From an uncultured Paraprevotella sp. (lineage in GTDB: Bacteria; Bacteroidota; Bacteroidia; Bacteroidales; Bacteroidaceae), in NCBI GenBank assembly GCA_944321565.1, contig CALULT010000010.1, positions 16 through 64,015 on the forward strand: a stretch of DNA of 64,000 bases, written 5' to 3'. The position numbers were made by a program, and so were the translations under genes. The stretch's first letter is position 1, and each line of letters opens with the position of its first letter. Shown piece by piece: positions 7,903 through 15,668 of this stretch. The notes under the pieces are model-generated. The model searched no databases and was not told the DNA's origin. It saw only the letters and a program-made list of their open reading frames with translations.

Positions 7903-9087
7903 ATGAAAAAGATATTATTTTCACTCTTGTGTACAATGGTTATGTTGTGCAGGCTGCAAGCCCAGAACGCCGAAACCCATGTGACGGTACTTGCCGGCGA
8001 AGCGCCCTTGGAAACGTTGCTGACGGAGGCGCAAAAACAGTCCGTGACATATTTGGAAATCACCGGAGGAACTTTGTCGGACGAAGACTATGCCTTCTTG
8101 CGCGACAGCTTGTTGGAACAGCTTGACACGTTGGACCTGCGCCATGCGGAGATTGACACCATACCTGACTATGCTTTCGACCGCTACTTGCCGGAGACTC
8201 TTTGTTTCATATTACCTGAAGACATTCAATATGTAGGAAACAGTGCTTTCTCAACCACCAATTGGTACACTTTAGTCATAACAGGAAATTATCCTATTTT
8301 TGGGGAGAGGCTAGAAACATACATAAACCATATTCATATTGAAGCGAGTGATGACAACAAATATTGTAAAAATGTCATCCAAGAGAATGAATACCCCTAT
8401 TTATCCGTTTATTCGCGAGATGAAGAAATTCTCTATTTTATTAATGCACAATATGGGGTCTTTGAAGTCAAAAGCGGCACAAAACAGATTCATAGTTCTG
8501 CGTTTCAAGGAATCGTCCTTGCGTATCAGTGTACTTTGGTGTTTCCTTCATCTATAGACAGTATAGGAGATTACGCATTCAAAAGTACAGGTATAAATAT
8601 GCCAACAGGAAGCTATTCCAGAAATTATAACTTTCCTTTTAAGGATGGATGTGCCAGCCGTATAATCTGTGAAAGCGAAAATCCGCCTTCATTGGGAAAG
8701 GACGTATTTTATAACAGTTTTTATTATGATGAAGCCTGCCTTTATGTGCCAAAGAAAAGTCTTGAAACATACCGTAACACCCCAGGGTGGAATGAAGCAA
8801 AAAAAATCCGCGCCATAGAAGACATAGGCAAGGGAAGCTCCATCTTTGGTGGCAAAAAAACATCGCGGTTGGCCGTGCAAATAGATGGTGGTATTTATAC
8901 GATAAACTCATCCTGTGAAATTCAGTCAGTATCTTGCTATGACACCGCAGGACGTTTGTTGCCCATTCAGACAGGAAAGGATGCCCAATCATTTACGATG
9001 AGGAAAGCAAACATTACAAAACCTTACATACTGGTTCGTGTTCGTTTTGCAGACGGCACAACCGAAACAGTCAAACTAATACCCTAA
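7903..9087 (+). CDS. BspA-type LRR secreted protein, paralog 5
   Basis: It shares about 87 N-terminal residues (to LDLRHAEIDTIP) with the other paralogs. Tail VRFADGTTETVKLIP. Confidence 0.8.
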   Translation: MKKILFSLLCTMVMLCRLQAQNAETHVTVLAGEAPLETLLTEAQKQSVTYLEITGGTLSDEDYAFLRDSLLEQLDTLDLRHAEIDTIPDYAFDRYLPETLCFILPEDIQYVGNSAFSTTNWYTLVITGNYPIFGERLETYINHIHIEASDDNKYCKNVIQENEYPYLSVYSRDEEILYFINAQYGVFEVKSGTKQIHSSAFQGIVLAYQCTLVFPSSIDSIGDYAFKSTGINMPTGSYSRNYNFPFKDGCASRIICESENPPSLGKDVFYNSFYYDEACLYVPKKSLETYRNTPGWNEAKKIRAIEDIGKGSSIFGGKKTSRLAVQIDGGIYTINSSCEIQSVSCYDTAGRLLPIQTGKDAQSFTMRKANITKPYILVRVRFADGTTETVKLIP

Positions 9088-9092
9088 AGATT

Positions 9093-12000
9093 ATGAAACG
9101 AAGAATAGTTCTAATATTGCTGGCATGGGTCGCGTGTGCGCCCTTCCGAGCACAAATCGGCGGACACGTCGAAGTGGAAGTGGACGAACTGTCTTTTACC
9201 CAGCAGGACGGTTATGACGTCATTCGTTGGAGCGGTGGAACGGACAAGACGCAGGAAGTCGGAGCTCCGGAGCTTCCCGTCATCTTCAAAACATACGTGG
9301 TGCCTTTGGAGGCACAGATAACCGAAGTGGAAGTTTCATCATCCGACCGGATGGCCGTGGAAGGGAACTTTACGCCCTATCCCGTGCAACCGGCGGTACC
9401 AACAGACGGAACCCACGAAGTCCAGTTCACGCAACCGAAAGTTTCCATTTATCAAGGAACGGAGGTCTATCCGCAAGCAAAAGCGCAAATCGTGGCAGAC
9501 TACAATGAAATGGGATACCATTTGGTCACCGTGCAACTCAATCCGGTGGAATTCGATCCGGTTTCGCGGAAACTATTCGTCAGCCGTTTGGATTTCACAT
9601 TGCAATACGAAATGACCGCAAGCAATGCCGTACACCCCCTGCAACAGACTACGCGCCGCGCTAATATCATCAAAAAGGCCATCCGCGCCATGGTGGACAA
9701 CCCGGAAGACGTGGACGGCTTCATGAACCGCAAAGTGGAATTGGTTGGAATGGCAATGCCGGACGCGCAAACTCTCGCTGCGTCTTCTTCCTTGACAATC
9801 AACGTAATCCAAGAGCAGATTCCGGACTACATCATCATTACCAACAATGCGCTGAAAGGTGAATTCCAGCGTCTCGCCGACTGGAAAACGCAAAAGGGAG
9901 TGCCGACGTTAATCAAAGACATTGAAAGCATTGGAGAGGAATATCAGGGTTCGGATCTAGCAGAGAAAATACATGCTTATTTGCAGGAATGCTATCGCAA
10001 GTGGGGAGCCGGGCTGTTCGTGTTGCTGGGTGGGGATGTGAATATCATACCGGCAAGATGTTATATTTACTCAAATGCAGAATATCCATCCGATGCTTAT
10101 TATACAGACCTAGAATGCGATTGGAATGCCAACAAAAATCACATTTACAAAGAGCCCAATGATGGCATGAATATGGATCGGCTTTGCTATTTGGGACGCG
10201 CATCCGTAGAGAATAAGCAAGAAGCTAATGCCTTTATCAATAAGGTGCTCTTGTACGAGAAAATGGCGAATGCAAATACAAGCTATTTGATGAATCACTT
10301 GGCAGTTTCCGCTTATATTTCGAAAAATGAAACCACAGGATGGCTTTATTATGGCGGACAAGAGGATATTGATGACTATCTTTCCTCTCATTTCCAAGTC
10401 CACAAATGGTATTTGTTTGACCATTACAATTGCGATTGCTCCTTTCATAATCCAACCAAAAAGTTTGATTGCGGGGAAGAATTAAATAGGGAACATTTCC
10501 TTTCCGCCCTCCAAGACGGAGGAAATTCCGGATTGGGGCATTTCCATATCGTCTATCACATGGATCATTGCAACCCGCGCAACATGGCGGCTTCTTCCAT
10601 AGACAAGCATGAATACGTTTATATCCAAGACGTAGAAAACCTGAGGAACGAAGACTACCCTTTCATTATGATTTCCGGAGGATGCAAACCCGCAAAATTC
10701 GATGAAGATTGCATAGCGGAACATTTCCTGACGAATCCTTATGGCGGCGCGGTGGCATTTATTGGTAATGCAAATATTGGTTATGCGGATGAGCATAACC
10801 AATATCGAATTTTTTTAACTGCATTGTATAATGAACAGATTCGTTATTTAGGAATTCTTTTTAATCGAATGATTAATAAAGATACTAAATATGACCTTCA
10901 TGACTATTACCGCCTCCATCTTTTAGGCGACCCTGAAATGCCGATATGGTCTGCCGTGCCACAAACCTTGCAAGTGAACGTGTCCCCCACGCAAATGGAG
11001 TCCGGCACAAACAACATCATGGTGCAAGTCGCCAACCTGCCGGCTGGGGAAGAAGCCACGGTCTGCCTCATGAAGGACGCGGAGGCATATACTGTGGTGA
11101 CCGTGAACGACACGCGGCCGCATAGTTTCAGCTTCAGCCCGAAGACAGCAGGAGAAATAACCGTGACCGTGACGGCTCGCAACTTTCTGCCATTTGAAAA
11201 AGCGGTACCGGTGTCGGTAAACCATGGCAATTTGCTTTCCATCGGACAAATCAATGGATTTGATGGATACGTGTTGGCAGGAACAGAACGGGAATTCGAC
11301 ATCGTGCTAAGAAACAACGGGCAAACGGCAGCAGGGAACGTGACGGCCACTTTGTCCTCGTCCTCCCCTTATGTGACGGTCACCCAGGGGACGGTGAACT
11401 ACGGCACAATAAGTGCCGGGCAGTCCAAGACCGGGACAGGAAAATTCAAAGTACAAATCTCCGCAGACGCGCCAGAAACGGGGCGCAACGAATGGAACGC
11501 CCCTTGCTTCTACCTGACGATGGAAAAGGACGGGACGGAGACAACGGACGTGGACACGTTCAAAGTGGATGTGAAGCACTACAAGTACAGAATTGCCCGC
11601 CTCGCCCTTGCTTCGGGTGCCACCCTGAAACCGGGCGGGCAGATTACGATGAACCTGTACTCGGAGAATCTGGGGGATGCGGCTTCATCAGCTCCGCATT
11701 GGAAGGTTACGCCGCTAGAACCGGCAAAAGCGACGGTAGTCCAAACCACCGCTTCCACTTGCATTTGCACCCTTACGGAAGATTATGAAGCCGGCAGCCG
11801 TCTGCCAATCAAAGTACAGCTCTATGTAGGCGACATGCTGCAAGACGAAGTGACTTGGAACGTGGCGGAAAAAGCCGTGCCGGTGGACTTGTCGAAATTG
11901 GTGTCCGAACTGGATGCCGAAGCCATTTCTTTCCATTGGGACAAAATGGGAGGGGAAGACAAATACAATGTTTACCGCAGCACCTCGGAGGCCGGACCTT

Positions 12001-13820
12001 ACCTCAAACTCAACTCTCTTCCGCTGGAAACCAGGTATTACAAGGACGAAGGACTGCAACCCTTGACCACTTACTATTACAAGTTCTCCACACTGACGCA
12101 GGGAATGGTGGAAAGCAACCTGTCTCCAGCCCTACGCACATGGACGACCTATCCGGCCATGGACATGTTCCCGCTCTCCATGGGGATGAGCCTGCACTAT
12201 GCCTGCGAGACGCACACGGCCGATTTCGACTACGACGGGCAAAAGGAAATCTTCCTTACGGGATATACGGATGAAGGGACGGAAGCGCTCTTGGTCGCCA
12301 TCCGGCCGGACGGCACGGAACCTTACGACCTGGACGGAAACGTCACTTCATACAGCGGATATGCGGAAATCCCATTCCGCACGGACGCAACCCCAGTGGT
12401 GGCCGACCTCTTGGGCAACGGTGAGCCGTGCATTATCGTGCCCACGAGGAACAGCAATGGGGACAATTACGTCATCTGCTACTCCTCGTTGGACAAGGAT
12501 GGGGACAAGCTGCCGGACAAACTGTGGGAAACTTCCATCGGGAATATGCCTTCTTATCGCAGTGTGGTGGTCACAGACATAGACATGCCGGACGGGAAAG
12601 GCGAAAAGGAAATCATCCTGCGGGGAGAAAATGGCAATGCCCCGGTCATCGTGCTGGATGCTTACGGGAAAGAAAAGATGCGCACCGCGAACACTGTGGG
12701 CAGTTTTTACGGTGTTCCGGCCGTGGCCGACCTTGATGGTGACGGTTACAAGGAAATCATCTGCGGAACCGAAGCCGGGCAAGTGTACGTGTGGCGGCAC
12801 AACGGCAGCACTTACCTCCGTTCGCCCTTCTTCTCCCACGCGGGAGAGAAACTGAACTGCTCCCCCACGGTCTGCGACCTGGACGGCGACGGCAAGAAGG
12901 AAATCCTCATCACGACAAGGACCACGACCTTGAGCTACATCTATGCCATCAAGCAGGACGGCACCTGCGTGGGGAACTTCGACCGCGAGGCGGCGCAGCC
13001 CGTTTCCATTCCTTATACGGATGCGTCGGGTAGCGGAATCGAGCATCCCGTCAGTGTGGGCGACATCAATGGCGACGGCGACTTGGAGGTAGTCGCCATC
13101 GGGCACGAATGCGTAAGGGCATGGACGCATACGGGTACGTTGATTTTCGACCGTGCCATCCCCGGCCTGTGCCCGGACAAGGAATGGGCCATCAACCTGA
13201 CGTGTCCCCTGTTGGCCGACGTGGACGGCGACGGTGACATTGACATCGTGTTCCATCAGGACAATCTGATTTACGCCCTGCACCACGACGGGACAGACGT
13301 GAAAGGCTTCCCGTTGTCTGCGCCGGCCAATATCAGCAACGGGATTTGTGTGTCGGACATGGACGGCGACGGGAAAAACGAGATTGTTTCCGCAGACGAC
13401 AGCGGCAACATCTGCGCTTGGAAGACAGACGGGAAATCCACTGCCATCGAATGGGGACGCGCCCGCTTCGACACGGGATTCACCGGAGAATACATCCCGC
13501 ATTATGAAGACCCGAAAGTGGTCACCACATCCACGGAATGGGGCGGAGGACAGTTCAACAACGACCTCATCATACGCGGCGGCACGTTTAAAATCCCGGC
13601 CGGGAAGACCTTGCTGATGCGCGAGGGGTGCCGGATTCATGTGCTCGAAGGAGGGACACTGGACGTGGATGGCGGCACGGTGGAAAATGCCGACATCCTG
13701 CTGAAACCCGGCAGCGTGTTGAATGTCAAGAACAATGGCTATGTGCTTCTCAACCGACATGGGAAACTCGATGCCGAACAAGGCGCAACCGTCAATGCCT
13801 TGTATGGGGAAGTGCGTTAG
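9093..13820 (+). CDS. Gingipain-like C25 family cysteine peptidase (1575 aa): propeptide, C25 catalytic domain, Ig/Fn3-like domains and an FG-GAP/VCBS beta-propeller
   Basis: PDYIIITNNALKGEFQRLADWKTQKGV, GLGHFHIVYHMDHC (putative catalytic His region) and IMISGGCKPAKFDED (putative catalytic Cys) are C25-like. ISFHWDKMGGEDKYNVYRS looks Fn3-like. At least 8 repeats of the type DLDGDGKKEI / DVDGDGDIDIV / DMDGDGKNEIV are FG-GAP-like. Confidence 0.85.
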   Translation: MKRRIVLILLAWVACAPFRAQIGGHVEVEVDELSFTQQDGYDVIRWSGGTDKTQEVGAPELPVIFKTYVVPLEAQITEVEVSSSDRMAVEGNFTPYPVQPAVPTDGTHEVQFTQPKVSIYQGTEVYPQAKAQIVADYNEMGYHLVTVQLNPVEFDPVSRKLFVSRLDFTLQYEMTASNAVHPLQQTTRRANIIKKAIRAMVDNPEDVDGFMNRKVELVGMAMPDAQTLAASSSLTINVIQEQIPDYIIITNNALKGEFQRLADWKTQKGVPTLIKDIESIGEEYQGSDLAEKIHAYLQECYRKWGAGLFVLLGGDVNIIPARCYIYSNAEYPSDAYYTDLECDWNANKNHIYKEPNDGMNMDRLCYLGRASVENKQEANAFINKVLLYEKMANANTSYLMNHLAVSAYISKNETTGWLYYGGQEDIDDYLSSHFQVHKWYLFDHYNCDCSFHNPTKKFDCGEELNREHFLSALQDGGNSGLGHFHIVYHMDHCNPRNMAASSIDKHEYVYIQDVENLRNEDYPFIMISGGCKPAKFDEDCIAEHFLTNPYGGAVAFIGNANIGYADEHNQYRIFLTALYNEQIRYLGILFNRMINKDTKYDLHDYYRLHLLGDPEMPIWSAVPQTLQVNVSPTQMESGTNNIMVQVANLPAGEEATVCLMKDAEAYTVVTVNDTRPHSFSFSPKTAGEITVTVTARNFLPFEKAVPVSVNHGNLLSIGQINGFDGYVLAGTEREFDIVLRNNGQTAAGNVTATLSSSSPYVTVTQGTVNYGTISAGQSKTGTGKFKVQISADAPETGRNEWNAPCFYLTMEKDGTETTDVDTFKVDVKHYKYRIARLALASGATLKPGGQITMNLYSENLGDAASSAPHWKVTPLEPAKATVVQTTASTCICTLTEDYEAGSRLPIKVQLYVGDMLQDEVTWNVAEKAVPVDLSKLVSELDAEAISFHWDKMGGEDKYNVYRSTSEAGPYLKLNSLPLETRYYKDEGLQPLTTYYYKFSTLTQGMVESNLSPALRTWTTYPAMDMFPLSMGMSLHYACETHTADFDYDGQKEIFLTGYTDEGTEALLVAIRPDGTEPYDLDGNVTSYSGYAEIPFRTDATPVVADLLGNGEPCIIVPTRNSNGDNYVICYSSLDKDGDKLPDKLWETSIGNMPSYRSVVVTDIDMPDGKGEKEIILRGENGNAPVIVLDAYGKEKMRTANTVGSFYGVPAVADLDGDGYKEIICGTEAGQVYVWRHNGSTYLRSPFFSHAGEKLNCSPTVCDLDGDGKKEILITTRTTTLSYIYAIKQDGTCVGNFDREAAQPVSIPYTDASGSGIEHPVSVGDINGDGDLEVVAIGHECVRAWTHTGTLIFDRAIPGLCPDKEWAINLTCPLLADVDGDGDIDIVFHQDNLIYALHHDGTDVKGFPLSAPANISNGICVSDMDGDGKNEIVSADDSGNICAWKTDGKSTAIEWGRARFDTGFTGEYIPHYEDPKVVTTSTEWGGGQFNNDLIIRGGTFKIPAGKTLLMREGCRIHVLEGGTLDVDGGTVENADILLKPGSVLNVKNNGYVLLNRHGKLDAEQGATVNALYGEVR

Positions 13821-13831
13821 CCTTTACACAG

Positions 13832-13870
13832 CGGGACGGCCAGGATTGAAACCTGCGCCGTCCCGTTTTT
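13832..13870 (+). terminator. Rho-independent terminator after the C25 gene
   Basis: CGGGACGG (13832-13839) pairs with CCGTCCCG (13858-13865), followed by TTTTT. Confidence 0.7.
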
Positions 13871-13944
13871 CAAACCAAGGATAGGAATGCCATGGGCAGA
13901 CATACTTACTTGCCTAAGTAAGATATCCTCCATTTTGTACCCTT

Positions 13945-13968
13945 ACTCAAAATTCGAATTTAGGAATA
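13945..13968. repeat. Solo IS-end-like sequence (copy C of the IS4-family terminal repeat)
   Basis: ACTCAAAATTCGAATTTAGGAATA matches the termini at 106 and 15669 at about 20 of 24 positions. There is no similarity beyond that. Confidence 0.4.
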
Positions 13969-14024
13969 TTACTCAAAGCCATAAGCACAATTACAAAAAC
14001 CCCATCAGAGATCCGCAAGTTTTT

Positions 14025-14738
14025 TTATAAAAAAAGCCGATATGATAGTTGTTTTACTATTAGACCAAACAACGTTGCTATTCCAAAGCTTAGCAGTGTT
14101 CCTGCCAGCACATATTCCGTTTTAGCTGTATCTGTTTCTTTAAAGCGGAGTAAAGATTTCGCTGCTACAATAAACCCCACAGCTTCATATTGACCCATCA
14201 GGACAAAGACCATTGTAAGTATCCTTTCCAAGTTACCAATTAACGCCCCTGCATTCTTTATACTTAGGCAAGACTCCGCATCGCCAATTTTATACTTGTC
14301 TAAAATTAACTTGATAAAAATGTTAGTAGGCTTTAAGCAACATAGAATTGCAAATGCAAATAAAGGGATAGATAAAGTATGAAGAAAATCGATGCTTTGG
14401 ATTGGCAGACGGGATGTCGGCATATATTGGCATGAAATAAAGCATAAGATTAATATATGTGCAAATTGGTCCGTCAGGAAAGACCATAGCCCCCTGCACA
14501 TATATGTTTTCATTGTATCAATCACCCAATGTGTGCCTCCTATGATTAGAGCAAAAATTCCAAAATCAGCAAACGGAACAAAAGCCCAAGAAAGTAATCC
14601 TACGATAACTGAATGAATATAGAGGAACGGACTTTTGATTTTCAACAGTTCTTTCTGCTTGCAATATTTATCGCTTTGCAGGTAGAAATCTCCAACTATA
14701 TGAGCCGTCAATAAGCTCAATAATAACCAGCTATTCAT
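14025..14738 (-). CDS. DUF3307-family multi-pass membrane protein
   Basis: About 7 hydrophobic segments. Conserved-looking His/Asp motifs AHIVGDFYLQ, THWVIDTMK and DQFAHI. Its ATG overlaps the upstream gene's TGA in an ATGA junction at 14735-14738. Confidence 0.7.
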   Translation of the reverse strand: MNSWLLLSLLTAHIVGDFYLQSDKYCKQKELLKIKSPFLYIHSVIVGLLSWAFVPFADFGIFALIIGGTHWVIDTMKTYMCRGLWSFLTDQFAHILILCFISCQYMPTSRLPIQSIDFLHTLSIPLFAFAILCCLKPTNIFIKLILDKYKIGDAESCLSIKNAGALIGNLERILTMVFVLMGQYEAVGFIVAAKSLLRFKETDTAKTEYVLAGTLLSFGIATLFGLIVKQLSYRLFL

Positions 14739-15394
14739 ACGTTTTCAAAATTTAGTTGTTCAAAATAGCTCAATGCTTCCTCTATACAGTACCATTTGGC
14801 CGAAGTCGAGTGTTGGTTTATTCCAGACTGTTTTACGCCCAATATGTCTGCAATTTCCTGCTCGCTTTTAGATAAAAGTTTATAATAAATGACTTCGCTT
14901 TGCCGTTTCGTTGCATTATTGAGCAAGGCGTCCGTCAACATACCGACGGTCTGTAAAGCAGGTTTAAGTTGCTTATCAGCCGGTTCTATGAGGAATGTAC
15001 CGTTTTTGTTAGGAGAACCCATCCCGTCTAATGTCCTGCCTGACAAATAAATAGCCTCTCCATCCATTATGCCGTTTTCCTTATCTACAATACGCATATC
15101 ACCTATTCCCATAGCCATACGGATTCCATATATTTGGAATAGTTTTTTCTTTTTTGATTCTGAGATAGGGAACGACTTAATGCAACTCTTGATAATTAGA
15201 GCAGCCCTAAAGCCGTCCTTAGTTGATGGCAACAGGCACTCCATATAATCCCCTTTTATTAGCCTGCCCCAAAATCCGGGAAATCTCTTTTCAAAAATAG
15301 AAAATAAATCTTCTATTCTCTGTTTTAACGCAATGGTTTCCTCTATGCACAAAGATGTGGAAGAAACAATATCGGCAGAAATAGCTGCATACAT
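14735..15394 (-). CDS. SatD-family protein: nucleotide-cyclase-like N-terminal domain plus a C-terminal sigma70-r4/LuxR-like helix-turn-helix
   Basis: AISADIVSST ... GRLIKGDYMECL ... IRMAMGIGDMRIV ... DGEAIYLSGRTLD resembles the class III cyclase/GGDEF fold motif order. The C-terminus SEQEIADILGVKQSGINQHSTSAKW is HTH-like. Confidence 0.65.
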   Translation of the reverse strand: MYAAISADIVSSTSLCIEETIALKQRIEDLFSIFEKRFPGFWGRLIKGDYMECLLPSTKDGFRAALIIKSCIKSFPISESKKKKLFQIYGIRMAMGIGDMRIVDKENGIMDGEAIYLSGRTLDGMGSPNKNGTFLIEPADKQLKPALQTVGMLTDALLNNATKRQSEVIYYKLLSKSEQEIADILGVKQSGINQHSTSAKWYCIEEALSYFEQLNFENV

Positions 15395-15423
15395 AGATTG
15401 ATTCTAATTGATTACTATGAATG

Positions 15424-15431
15424 CAAAAGTA
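15424..15431 (-). promoter_or_regulatory. Bacteroides-type -7 box (TACTTTTG on the minus strand)
   Basis: Exact TAnnTTTG match, 30 nt upstream of the ATG at 15394. Confidence 0.45.
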
Positions 15432-15458
15432 CAAATAATATTTCTACCAGCCAGGGAT

Positions 15459-15480
15459 TTATAAGTTAAATAACTTATAA
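15459..15480. promoter_or_regulatory. Perfect 10-2-10 palindrome, candidate operator
   Basis: TTATAAGTTA-AA-TAACTTATAA, about 65-85 nt upstream of the SatD-like gene. Confidence 0.45.
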
Positions 15481-15668
15481 TAGTCAGACATAAGCAATTT
15501 GACTTATTATGTAAGCATATAAGGTTAACCTCTTATTTCCCATTATTTATGAGAACCTCCAGCCGCCTACTAATAATCAGAAGTTTCCATTATGATAAGC
15601 TGAAAAAGAAATAGGATAAAGTGTGACACTAAAATGGCGCTAAAATTTACAATGCCATCTAATTATAT

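Larger units (their letters stand above)
1880..9372 (+). repeat. Five-unit tandem array, period about 1.5 kb; each unit is an LRR gene plus the first 280 nt of the C25 peptidase gene
   Basis: LRR start codons at 1925, 3406, 4905, 6416 and 7903. C25-type start codons at 3088, 4587, 6098, 7585 and 9093. Near-identical conserved blocks alternate with divergent LRR cores. Confidence 0.9.

Noticed and set aside
1880-9372. Possibility that the regular repeat array is a CRISPR array or a satellite.
   Set aside because: The period is about 1.5 kb and every unit is filled by two ORFs. There are no short direct repeats with spacers and no cas genes.
14025-15394. Direct annotation of the SatD-like/DUF3307 pair as a Pycsar or CBASS defence system.
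   Set aside because: No cyclic-nucleotide-binding, TIR, patatin, endonuclease or other known effector domain is visible, and the cyclase resemblance rests only on motif order. It is kept as a hypothesis, not a call.
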